From Acidobacteriota bacterium (GTDB taxonomy: Bacteria; Acidobacteriota; Vicinamibacteria; Vicinamibacterales; JAKQTR01), in assembly GCA_037133015.1 (NCBI GenBank), contig JBAXOX010000011.1, positions 4,479 to 68,478 on the forward strand: a DNA stretch of 64,000 bases, in the 5' to 3' direction. The translations under genes were made by a program, and so were the position numbers. The notes under the pieces are model-generated. The model was not told where the DNA came from. It made no database searches and saw nothing but the letters and a program-made list of their open reading frames with translations. Shown one piece after another: positions 46,379-55,289 of the stretch (the stretch's first letter is position 1; every line of letters begins with the position of its first letter).

Positions 46379-47239
46379 ATGCACACGAGACTGTTCCGCT
46401 GGTCGGTGGTGGCCCTGTTGGTGGGTCTTCTCGTCGTGACGGGTTCTGCCCAGCAGGCCCCGCCCCAATTCTATGTCGTCGTCACCTACCTTAAGGCGCT
46501 GCCAGGCCAGGCCGCGGCCTACGAGACCTACGTCAAGACCACATCCAAGAAGTTCTACCAGGAACTGGCGAACGTATCTCCCAACCTGGTCCACTGGAGC
46601 CTTGCGCGAGTGATGTACAAGGGCATCGAGGGCTTCGACGTCGACTACATCTCCGCCAGTGTGACCGTGGGTCCGCCTCCGGAACCGGGCTCCAATTCGG
46701 ACCCCATCTACGCGAAGCTGGGGACGACCCAGGCCGAGCAAACCAAGATACTGAGCGGCTTGCGGACGAGCGTCGGGACCGATGTCCTGCGGCGGGTCGC
46801 CGGCACCAGCGCGACAGGCGCGGGTGGGTACAAGGAAGGGGACATCCGCGTCTCCAATCTGATCCGGATCAAGCCGGGCATGGCCAGCGCCTTTGTGGAT
46901 CGCAACGTCACGCTGGCGCAGCCCACGATGCAGGAAGCCGTGGCGCAGGGCGACGGCAAGGGGTGGTCGATGTGGAGCCGTGTGTTTCCGTCTGGCGCCG
47001 CCACCAGCTACGACGCGATGGGCGTGACGATTTATAAGGATGTCGCCAGCGCGCTCGGAGGGGGCAGCAACCCGAATCGGGGTGCGGAGTTGTTTATGAA
47101 GGCGAATCCCGGGAAAAACTACGCGACGTATGTCGCCAACGGCACCGAGTACAGCACCTCTCAGCGCCGGATCGTCACGCAGTTGATCGCCCTGGTGGAG
47201 CGCACGGCGCCCGCCGGAAAGACGTCCGACAACAAGTAG
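46379..47239 (+). CDS. Secreted hypothetical protein with two similar alpha+beta-like halves
   Basis: ATG at 46379 after GAGGAGGAGG. Signal peptide MHTRLFRWSVVALLVGLLVVTGSAQQ. The two halves start YVVVTYLKALPGQAAAYETY and IRVSNLIRIKPGMASAFVDR. I recognise no motif. Confidence 0.55.
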   Translation: MHTRLFRWSVVALLVGLLVVTGSAQQAPPQFYVVVTYLKALPGQAAAYETYVKTTSKKFYQELANVSPNLVHWSLARVMYKGIEGFDVDYISASVTVGPPPEPGSNSDPIYAKLGTTQAEQTKILSGLRTSVGTDVLRRVAGTSATGAGGYKEGDIRVSNLIRIKPGMASAFVDRNVTLAQPTMQEAVAQGDGKGWSMWSRVFPSGAATSYDAMGVTIYKDVASALGGGSNPNRGAELFMKANPGKNYATYVANGTEYSTSQRRIVTQLIALVERTAPAGKTSDNK

Positions 47240-47313
47240 GGATTGGAGGGGCCGGGACGTGCGACTCGACATCGCACATCCCGGTTCCGATTCCCGCGTG
47301 CGGTCAGCCGCGT

Positions 47314-47550
47314 CTACTGCTTTTCGTAGAGCGCCACAGAGTTGATGGTCTGTCCCAGGGGATTGGTGCCCTTGGCCGTGATGGTATAGGTCTTCCTGTC
47401 GCTCGACACGACATTGGTTGTGGTGATGGTGACCTTGCCATCCTTCTTGTAGACGAATGTCACCGTGTTGGCATCGACTCGAGTGCCAGCCGAGGCGTCG
47501 CCGCTCAGACTGTTACTGATTGGGTAGTCCTTTCCGTCGTAGACGCCCAC
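47314..47550 (-). pseudogene. 3' half of a lipocalin-like small secreted protein gene (truncated paralog)
   Basis: The 78 codons align with the C-terminal halves of the 163/164-aa genes at 51830 and 61447 (YDGKD.P..., VYKKDGKVT.T.T, ...VALYEKQ). The in-frame sequence upstream of 47550 has no similarity, no signal peptide and no copy of the conserved leader. Confidence 0.6.
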
Positions 47551-47729
47551 CTTCGCGCTCCTGGCGGCAAGAGAACCTCGTCCACAGACTTGCTGACGGC
47601 GGCCCGATCGCGCCAGCGGTTTATGAGGATTGCCGGCCTCACCAAAGTCGATTACGCTCTTGAAGATCCCGCTTCTTCCGCGTCAACGATGTGCGTCGCG
47701 CTCCCGCTTATGTTCGTGGTGCCCTGAGA

Positions 47730-49124
47730 ATGGATACCGGTCGTCAATACGACGTGTTGGTGGTTGGCGGCGGGAACGCCGGGCTGTGCGCCGCGATCAG
47801 TGCGGCGCACTTGGGGGCCCGCGTACTCGTGCTCGACGCCGCGCCGAAGGATCTTCGCGGCGGCAACAGCCGCCACACGCGCAACCTGCGCTGCATGCAC
47901 GACGCGCCGTCTGGCACATTGACGGACGCGTACCCCGAATCCGAGTACTGGAAGGACCTGTGCCAGGTGACGGGTGGACAAACCGACGAGCCACTGGCCC
48001 GGATTCTCATTCGGCGGACAGGCGACTGCCGCGAGTGGATGGCGCGGCACGGAGTCCGGTTCCAGCCGTCGCTGCACGGAACGCTCCACCTGTCGCGAAC
48101 CAACGCGTTCTTTCTCGGCGGCGGAAAAGCGCTCCTCAACGCCTACTATCGGGCGGCGGCACGCTTGGGCGTCGAGGTGGAGTACAACGCCGAGGTGGTG
48201 GACCTGTCGATTCGCAACGGCGTCTTTGAATCGGCCGTCGTCGAACGCCACGGCTCCCGGCAAGAGGTTCGCGCCAACACGCTGGTGGCGGCCGCTGGTG
48301 GATTTCAGGCCAACCTGGAATGGCTGCGCGAGGTATGGGGAGCCGCCGCCGATAATTTTATCGTTCGGGGTACCCCGTACGACAACGGTCGCGTTCTCCG
48401 CGTACTCTTTGGGCATGGCGTCCGGACCGTGGGCGAAGCGTCGCAATGCCACGCCGTGGCCATTGATGCCCGGTCTCCACGCTTCGACGGCGGCATCGTC
48501 ACTCGCGTCGACAGCGTGTCGCTCGGCATCGTCGTGAATCGGCGCGCCGAACGGTTCTACGACGAGGGCGAGGACTTCTGGCCGAAGCGGTATGCGATCT
48601 GGGGACGCCTGATCGCGTACCAGCCGGATCAACTGGCCTGTGCCATCGTCGACGCTCAGGCGGCGGGATTGTGTATGCCGACGGTCTTCCTGCCAATTGA
48701 GGCCCAGACGGTGCGCGAACTCGCCGTCAAACTGTCGATCGATCCCGACGCGCTCGAGCGGACGGTGGCGGCCTACAACGCAGCCGTGCGGCCAGGGACG
48801 TTCAACCACAACGTCCTCGACGACTGTCGCACCGAGGGGATCACGCCCGCCAAGACGCATTGGGCGCGTCGCATCGAACGACCGCCGTTTCTGGCCTATC
48901 CGCTGAGGCCTGGGATCACGTTCACCTACCTCGGCGTATCGGTCGATCAGCGCGCGCGCATCGTGATGGCGGATGGCGCGCCGGCGTCGAATATGTTTGC
49001 GGCCGGCGAGATCATGGCCGGTAATATCCTTGGCCAGGGGTACCTTGCAGGATTTGGGATGGCGATCGGGACCGTATTCGGCAGGATTGCCGGGGAGGAG
49101 GCGGCGCGTGTGGCCCTCGGATAG
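47730..49124 (+). CDS. tcuA: FAD-dependent tricarballylate dehydrogenase
   Basis: YDVLVVGGGNAGLCAAISA (FAD fold) and RGGNSRHTRNLRCMHD are typical of TcuA. The tcuB-like partner lies downstream. The start is ATG 47730 or GTG 47691. Confidence 0.8.
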   Translation: MDTGRQYDVLVVGGGNAGLCAAISAAHLGARVLVLDAAPKDLRGGNSRHTRNLRCMHDAPSGTLTDAYPESEYWKDLCQVTGGQTDEPLARILIRRTGDCREWMARHGVRFQPSLHGTLHLSRTNAFFLGGGKALLNAYYRAAARLGVEVEYNAEVVDLSIRNGVFESAVVERHGSRQEVRANTLVAAAGGFQANLEWLREVWGAAADNFIVRGTPYDNGRVLRVLFGHGVRTVGEASQCHAVAIDARSPRFDGGIVTRVDSVSLGIVVNRRAERFYDEGEDFWPKRYAIWGRLIAYQPDQLACAIVDAQAAGLCMPTVFLPIEAQTVRELAVKLSIDPDALERTVAAYNAAVRPGTFNHNVLDDCRTEGITPAKTHWARRIERPPFLAYPLRPGITFTYLGVSVDQRARIVMADGAPASNMFAAGEIMAGNILGQGYLAGFGMAIGTVFGRIAGEEAARVALG

Positions 49125-50271
49125 CGCTGGCGCCGGATCGATTTCGAAGGCGATCGTCGAGGACGGAGATCGGTTCACGCGGATCTGCAACGCCTGCCGG
49201 TACTGCGAGGGGTTCTGCGCCGTCTTTCCAGCCATGGAACTGCGCCGGACGGTTGACGAGCACGATCTGGCGTATCTGGCGAACCTCTGTCACGACTGCC
49301 GCGAATGCCTCTACTCGTGTCAGTACGCGCCCCCGCACGAATTCGCTGTCGATCTGCCGAGGTTGATGGCCGAGGCTCGCCGACAAATCTATTCCGCGTA
49401 CGCGTGGCCCGACGCATGCGCGGCCCTGTGCCGGCGCCAGTGGCTGCTGCTAGTGGCAGCGATGGTCGGGGCGCCCGTCTTGCTGCTCGTGTTCGTGGCT
49501 GGGTGGATCGGGCCGGCGGCCCTGTTTTCGGCGCATCCCGGAGCTGGCGGATTCTACGCCGTCATGTCGCACGGCGCGATGATCAGCCTGTTTGGCGTTC
49601 TTGGCCTGGTGGCCGCGATCGCGATCGGCGTTGGTGCGGCCCAATTCTGGCGGGCCATCGACGATCGCGCGCTCACCGCCGGAACGTTCAGGGCGGTCGT
49701 CGTGGCGATTCGCGACGCGCTGACGCTGAAATATCTCGACGGGGGTGGCGAGGGCTGTGCCTATCCGGATGAGGTGCCAACGCACGCGCGGCAGTGGTGC
49801 CATCACTTGACGTTTTACGGTTTCCTGCTCTGCGTCGCGGCGACCGCCGTGGCGGCGATCTACGACCACGTGCTGGACTACCAGGCGCCATACCCGCTCT
49901 TGAGTGTGCCGGTCATGCTGGGATGCCTGGGAGGCGCTGGCCTGCTCGTCGGGCCGCCAGGGTTGCTCTGGCTCAAGCGGGTGATCCCGACCGAAGCCGC
50001 GGACACTCGCCAGACCGGGATGGATGTGGGCTTCCTGATCCTGCTCTGGATGACCGCCGCGACCGGGTTTCTTCTGCTCGCACTTCGTGAGAGTGCGGCC
50101 ATGGGCGCGGTCCTGACCGCGCACCTCGGCCTGGTCGCGGGGCTGTTCCTGACGCTCCCGTACGGCAAGTTCGTCCACGGGATCTATCGCCTGATTGCCC
50201 TGGTGAGACACGCCCGCGAACAGGCACCGGTCGGGAAGGACGTCGGTACGACCGACCAGACCAACGACTGA
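49108..50271 (+). CDS. tcuB: Tricarballylate utilisation 4Fe-4S membrane protein
   Basis: In-frame GTG at 49108 overlaps the tcuA end. Two Cys clusters (CNACRYCEGFC, CHDCRECLYSC) are followed by about six TM segments, as in TcuB. Confidence 0.78.
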   Translation: MWPSDSAGAGSISKAIVEDGDRFTRICNACRYCEGFCAVFPAMELRRTVDEHDLAYLANLCHDCRECLYSCQYAPPHEFAVDLPRLMAEARRQIYSAYAWPDACAALCRRQWLLLVAAMVGAPVLLLVFVAGWIGPAALFSAHPGAGGFYAVMSHGAMISLFGVLGLVAAIAIGVGAAQFWRAIDDRALTAGTFRAVVVAIRDALTLKYLDGGGEGCAYPDEVPTHARQWCHHLTFYGFLLCVAATAVAAIYDHVLDYQAPYPLLSVPVMLGCLGGAGLLVGPPGLLWLKRVIPTEAADTRQTGMDVGFLILLWMTAATGFLLLALRESAAMGAVLTAHLGLVAGLFLTLPYGKFVHGIYRLIALVRHAREQAPVGKDVGTTDQTND

Positions 50272-50283
50272 CGCGCCTCCGCC

Positions 50284-51600
50284 TTACGACGCCGTATCGG
50301 CGAAGGTCCGATCGTCGGAGTGTCGAGCCAGCGTGGCCGGATCGAGCCAGATCGCGGCGATGAGTCCCAGCGCCGCCGCCAACGACAACCACACGCCCGG
50401 AATGGCTCGATTGCCGGTCACGTGAATCAGGTAAGTTGACACAGCAGGAGTGAAGCCCCCGAAAATTCCGGTGGCCAGACTGAAGGCCAGCGAGAACCCC
50501 GCCGCGCGTACGTGCGCGGGCATCACTTCCGCCAGATGCACGACCATCGCGCCGTTGTAGCTCGCGAAGATCAGCGAAAACCAAAGCTCGACCAGCAGCA
50601 GCCGTGAAAACGACGGCGCCGCCACGAGCCAGGCGAGCACGGGGTAGGCCGTCAGCAGCGCCACGGTCGCCACGATGATCAGTTGCGGTCTGCGGCCGAC
50701 CCGGTCCGAGACGGCACCGAACACCGGCAGCAGCGCGAAGTTGGAGAGGCCGACGCACATGGTCACCAGGAACGCATCGGTCGAGTTCAGGTGTAACACC
50801 AGGGTGCCGAACGTGGGCGTGTAGGCCGTGATGAGGTAGAAGGTGACCGTCGTCAGGATCGACAGCATCATGCCCAAGCCGACCAGCCGCCAGTTCCTGG
50901 CGAGTGCCCGCACGACCTCGCGTGGCGTCGGCTTGTGCACGCGGCGCAGGAAGTCTGGGGTTTCCGTGAGCGACCGGCGAAGGACGAACACGAACGGGAT
51001 GAGGGCGCAGCCCAGCAGAAGAGGCAGGCGCCATCCCCACTCCTGCATCTGGACGGGAGAGAGCACTTGCGTCAGGAGGAGCCCGATCGAGGCGGCGAAC
51101 ATGACGGCGACCTGCTGGCTGGCCGATTGCCAGCTGCAGTAGAAACCCCGATGCCCGGGCGTGGCGATCTCGGCCAGGTAGATCGAGACGCCGCCCACTT
51201 CGACCCCGGCCGACAGACCCTGCACGAGGCGGCCGGCCAGCACCAGCAGCGGCGCGAGCAGGCCGAGCGTCGCGTAACCGGGGACGCACGCGATCGCGAG
51301 CGTGCCGAACGCCATCAGGGCCAGCGTCAAGACGAGGCCCTTGCGGCGCCCGTGATGGTCGATGTAGCTGCCAAGGACGACCGCGCCGATCGGCCGCATC
51401 AGGTACCCGGCCCCGAACGTCATAAAGGCCAGCATCAGCGAGGTATACGCGCTGCCGGCCGGAAAAAACGCCCGCGCGATCGCGCTCGCGTAGTACCCGA
51501 AGACCATGAAATCGAACATCTCGAAGAAGTTCCCCGTCGCGACGCGGAACACCGCACCGAACTTCGAGGGCGAGGAGGCCAAGGCAGAAGGTGCTGTCAA
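50284..51600 (-). CDS. tcuC: MFS citrate/tricarballylate-proton symporter family transporter
   Basis: 438 aa. GNFFEMFDFMVFGYYA and GSYIDHHGRRKGL are typical of the CitA/TcuC MFS subfamily. It is convergent with tcuAB. Confidence 0.7.
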   Translation of the reverse strand: MTAPSALASSPSKFGAVFRVATGNFFEMFDFMVFGYYASAIARAFFPAGSAYTSLMLAFMTFGAGYLMRPIGAVVLGSYIDHHGRRKGLVLTLALMAFGTLAIACVPGYATLGLLAPLLVLAGRLVQGLSAGVEVGGVSIYLAEIATPGHRGFYCSWQSASQQVAVMFAASIGLLLTQVLSPVQMQEWGWRLPLLLGCALIPFVFVLRRSLTETPDFLRRVHKPTPREVVRALARNWRLVGLGMMLSILTTVTFYLITAYTPTFGTLVLHLNSTDAFLVTMCVGLSNFALLPVFGAVSDRVGRRPQLIIVATVALLTAYPVLAWLVAAPSFSRLLLVELWFSLIFASYNGAMVVHLAEVMPAHVRAAGFSLAFSLATGIFGGFTPAVSTYLIHVTGNRAIPGVWLSLAAALGLIAAIWLDPATLARHSDDRTFADTAS

Positions 51601-51829
51601 GGGGCTGGCAGTCGAATGGCGTCGATGGCGAGTGCGAAACCAGCCGACACCCTGACGGGGAGCAGATCCCGACCGCCGCGCACGCCGGACTCTCCGTCAT
51701 TCGGAGAGTCGGCGTCGCACAGGAAGCCGGCAGCGGACTTCAAGCAACAAGAGACACGCGCCACGAGTGGATGATACATGGTTCCGGTTGGCCTCAAACC
51801 GATTGTCGCGCGAGTCGGACCAGCATCGA

Positions 51830-52321
51830 CTACTGCCTCTCGTAGACCTCCACAAAGTCAACGCTCTTTCCCTTGGCATCCGTGCTTTTGCCCGTGATGG
51901 TAATCGCCTTCCCGTCGCCTGATAAGACAGAGGTCTGCGTGACGGTGACCTTCCCATCTTTCTTGTAGACGCTGTTCACCGTATTGGAACCGACCCGCGT
52001 GGCCGCCACCACGTCGCGGTTCGGACTGCCCGTGACGGGGGAGTCCTTCCCGTCGTAGTTCGTGGTGTATATCCAGTGGCTCACGCTGCCGTCCGCATTC
52101 ACCCCATCCACGGTCACCTTGACGCCCGCGCCAGCCGCCACGATGGTGAAGGTGCTGTTCTTGGGCGCCTCGCCGCCGGTGTACGTCGATTTTGCGAGGT
52201 TCAGCTTCCAGCTGCCAATACGCGGATTATTGGTCTGCGCGAGTGCCGCGCCAGCCAGTACGACCACCAACCCAAGTGCAACCGCTGCGAACAGAGACGC
52301 CTGACGGGTTCTTGCCTGCAT
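51830..52321 (-). CDS. Small secreted lipocalin-like protein (paralog A)
   Basis: Signal peptide MQARTRQASLFAAVALGLVVVLAGAALAQ. It then reads IGSWKLNLAKS (lipocalin-like-domain signature) and is beta-rich. GGAGGAGG lies upstream of the ATG. Confidence 0.7.
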   Translation of the reverse strand: MQARTRQASLFAAVALGLVVVLAGAALAQTNNPRIGSWKLNLAKSTYTGGEAPKNSTFTIVAAGAGVKVTVDGVNADGSVSHWIYTTNYDGKDSPVTGSPNRDVVAATRVGSNTVNSVYKKDGKVTVTQTSVLSGDGKAITITGKSTDAKGKSVDFVEVYERQ

Positions 52322-52361
52322 GGTTCCTCCTCCGACTGTGCGCCGAGGTTTACGCCGACTT

Positions 52362-52448
52362 GTGACGGATGGGCGAGTCTACTTCAATTCCGGCGGGTGA
52401 GCGCGGAGAAATTCGACAGAAGAATCGGACGAGAAATCGGACGACGCA
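52362..52448 (-). promoter_or_regulatory. Conserved leader/promoter element with three 12-mer direct repeats GAGAAAT(T/C)(C/G)GAC (plus-strand reading)
   Basis: A 58-nt block (GTGACGGATGGGCGAGTCTACTTCAA...CGACAG) differs at only 4 positions from 61983-62040. It is followed by repeat copies at 52406-52417, 52420-52430 (degenerate) and 52431-52442. It sits between the kinase stop (52457) and the start of the lipocalin-like gene. Confidence 0.5.
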
Positions 52449-52456
52449 AGGACCAT

Positions 52457-55117
52457 CTACTTCAGACCCTTGATCACATACAGCTGGCTGGCGTCCCTGT
52501 TGTAGCCGTAGGCGGTCGCGCCGCTGGGAGACACGATGAGGTTGCTCAGGCCGCTGACCAGCGACTTGAGCGGATGGACCGTCTTCCAGGCGGATCGGCG
52601 ACCGGATGCGACGTCCAGTCGGTCGATCTTGCCCTCGACCAACTGTCGCTGGTAGACAAACAGCGACTGCCCGTCCGCGCTCCAGCCGGCCACGTTATCG
52701 CCGTCCAGCGTACCCGCCACCGGATGGCAGACCGGCTTGGTGATCGTGCATGTCACGACCTTTCCGGCCGCGTCCACCGCGACGATGCGCGACCCGTCCG
52801 GCGAGATCAGATTCGTTCCCATGACGGGCAGTGTCACACCGCCCGGCAGCAGCGTTGTTATCTGGCGGCCGTCCGCCGACAGAATGAAGACCGATGGCCT
52901 GGACCCGGGGCGCGTGGCTTGAATCACCAGCCGCCCATCGGGAAGCCAGCCCCCCCATGAGACCACCTCGACCGGGCCCATGTCGACGATCTGCGGTTGC
53001 CCGGTGCCGGTGGGCACGATCGAGAGCTTCGGCGGTGTCTGCAGCGATCGAACCAGCGCCTTCTTGCCGTCCGGAGACAGTCCCACGCCCGACCCGTCCG
53101 CAATCCGGACAGGCTGCGCCTCCTTCGGCTGCCACGCGTAGACAGACCCTAGAAATCCGCCGCTGTCGCCACTCCCGTCGAATAGAAGCGTGTGGCTCGT
53201 CGAGAACGCAGTCAGCGTGGCCGACTCTCGCCACGACCGATCGAGAGGCGTCGGATCGGATCCCTCGACCACTTCAATGCGAGAGCTGATGCGATCGAAC
53301 GACACGAGGGCGTCGCCCTCGGCCGAGATGTCGTGCAGTGTGATCGCGCCCGGCGCACGAAACACCGGGCGCTGGTGTCCGGCAAGGTCCAGGCTGAAGA
53401 TCGTGGTCTGTCTTCCCGAGGTCTCTGTTGCCGCAAACCAGACCTCGTTCGACGGCGTCCAGGCGAGCGCCCACCAGTCGAAGAACGGCGAGCTTTGGGT
53501 GACCAGTGTCCCGGACCGGTCGACGATGTTCACTCTGTACGCAGAGGCCACGTGGAGGTCGAAGTAGGCCACGTGGGCTCCTGACGGGGAGACTCGCGGC
53601 GCCGCGTAGATGCTCATGCCTTCCGATGTTCGGCCAGCGGTGACAGGCACCTCGGCCAGCACGTGCCCGACCGGGTACTCCAGCGCCTGGCTGTGCGCAT
53701 CGTCGCGAACCACAGCCACCGTGTTGTTGGGACCGAAGTCGGCGAACCTCACCCTCTCCAGTTCTGGGCGTCTGGCGCCACCGGTGAGCGAGCCCTTTGC
53801 CAACGTCCCAATCCGCCAGTAGGGATTGCCGGCGGAGACGGCGGATTCGTTGAGAATGGCGAGTTCTCCCGAGCGCGAGACCCCAAGCAGGTCGGCTCCC
53901 GGAAATCCGAGCGACCGGTATTCGGAGCTGTCGACGCTGGTGAGGTACACGCCGCGCGGCTGTCGTTCCCAGTCGGCGCTGTAGACGATGGTGCGGCCGT
54001 CGGCCGCAAAGCGTGCGGCAAAGACGAACCCGTCCTCGAAGGACACGGGTTTGAAGGTGAGGTCAGCGGCCCCCGCCGATTTCGGTGCAGACGCGCCGCG
54101 GCCCAGATACCCGGCGCTCGCGCCGAGGACGAGGGCGGCGACAACAGCCGACGCGATGAGGAGACGCGCCCGCGGGCGCCGCGCGGACCCGACCACCGCC
54201 GCACCGCTGAGGGCGGTGCCGGACGCCGATCCAGACAGCGCCTCGAGCGCAAACGCGATGTCGCGCGCGTTCTGAAAACGCTCGTTTACGTTCTTCTCCA
54301 GACAGTGCCGAATGATGCGATCGAGGGCGGGCGACAGATCCGGCCGCGAGCCGACCAGTTCCGGCGGGTCGAGGGTCAGGATTGCCGTCATCGTGTCGGC
54401 CGCCGTGTCGCGCTGATACGCGCGCTGGCCGCTCACCATTTCGTAGAGCACCGCACCCAACGCAAACAGATCGGCGCGCGCATCGACGGCCTGACCGCGA
54501 ACCTGCTCGGGCGCCATGTAGCCGACGGTGCCCAACACGGAGCCGGGATCGGTGGCGGCCATCGTCTGCATACCGCCCGAGTTCTCGGCCGCTGTCGCGT
54601 GTCGCGCGAGACCGAAATCGAGGATCTTCACCTGCCCGTCGTCGAGCAGGAAGATATTCTCCGGCTTGAGGTCGCGATGGACGATGAGCTTGCCGTGCGC
54701 GGCCCCGAGGCCTCGCGCGATCTGCACGGCGATGTCGACCGCTTTGCGAACCGGTAGCGCGCCGCCGGACAATCGTTCCCGCAGCGTCTGTCCCGCGAGC
54801 AACTCCATGACGATGTAGACCGCGGCCTGGCCGGGGCCGGCCTGCCCCAAGCCACCAGAAGAGGTCTCAGGTTCGTGGAGGCCCGTGTCGAAGATGGCGA
54901 TAACGTTGGGATGCGACAGGGCGGCAACCGCCTGCGCTTCGCGTTCGAACCGTGCCCGCCGGCCAGGATCGTCAGCGAACGAAAGCGGCAGGACTTTAAT
55001 CGCGACGTCGCGGCCAAGGCGCGGGTCTTTCGCCTTGTACACCTCTCCCATCCCGCCGGCACCGATGGCAGAGACGATGTCGTACGGGCCGAGTCTGGTT
55101 CCTGGCGCGAGGCTCAT
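52457..55117 (-). CDS. Membrane Ser/Thr protein kinase with TolB-like beta-propeller (paralog 2)
   Basis: ATG at 55117 (MSLAPGTRLGPYDIV) with AGGAG 7 nt upstream. Kinase motifs GAGGMGEVYKAKD, VAIKVL, HRDLKPENI, DFGLAR, GYMAPEQ. One TM segment (LLIASAVVAALVLGASAGYL). The C-terminal region has propeller repeats (SPDG..). Confidence 0.9.
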   Translation of the reverse strand: MSLAPGTRLGPYDIVSAIGAGGMGEVYKAKDPRLGRDVAIKVLPLSFADDPGRRARFEREAQAVAALSHPNVIAIFDTGLHEPETSSGGLGQAGPGQAAVYIVMELLAGQTLRERLSGGALPVRKAVDIAVQIARGLGAAHGKLIVHRDLKPENIFLLDDGQVKILDFGLARHATAAENSGGMQTMAATDPGSVLGTVGYMAPEQVRGQAVDARADLFALGAVLYEMVSGQRAYQRDTAADTMTAILTLDPPELVGSRPDLSPALDRIIRHCLEKNVNERFQNARDIAFALEALSGSASGTALSGAAVVGSARRPRARLLIASAVVAALVLGASAGYLGRGASAPKSAGAADLTFKPVSFEDGFVFAARFAADGRTIVYSADWERQPRGVYLTSVDSSEYRSLGFPGADLLGVSRSGELAILNESAVSAGNPYWRIGTLAKGSLTGGARRPELERVRFADFGPNNTVAVVRDDAHSQALEYPVGHVLAEVPVTAGRTSEGMSIYAAPRVSPSGAHVAYFDLHVASAYRVNIVDRSGTLVTQSSPFFDWWALAWTPSNEVWFAATETSGRQTTIFSLDLAGHQRPVFRAPGAITLHDISAEGDALVSFDRISSRIEVVEGSDPTPLDRSWRESATLTAFSTSHTLLFDGSGDSGGFLGSVYAWQPKEAQPVRIADGSGVGLSPDGKKALVRSLQTPPKLSIVPTGTGQPQIVDMGPVEVVSWGGWLPDGRLVIQATRPGSRPSVFILSADGRQITTLLPGGVTLPVMGTNLISPDGSRIVAVDAAGKVVTCTITKPVCHPVAGTLDGDNVAGWSADGQSLFVYQRQLVEGKIDRLDVASGRRSAWKTVHPLKSLVSGLSNLIVSPSGATAYGYNRDASQLYVIKGLK

Positions 55118-55289
55118 CGAGCACTCCTGCCCGACGTCACCGGGCACCTGATTCGTAGGTACGCGACCTCACGTGCACCGAGACGACTGCCGGGGGCAAT
55201 CCATGTAGGGAAACCTGACGGTCATTATAGCCGTGTTAGCGCGGTATCATGATATACATTTGGTTGTACTGTATGTATATTACGAAAGC

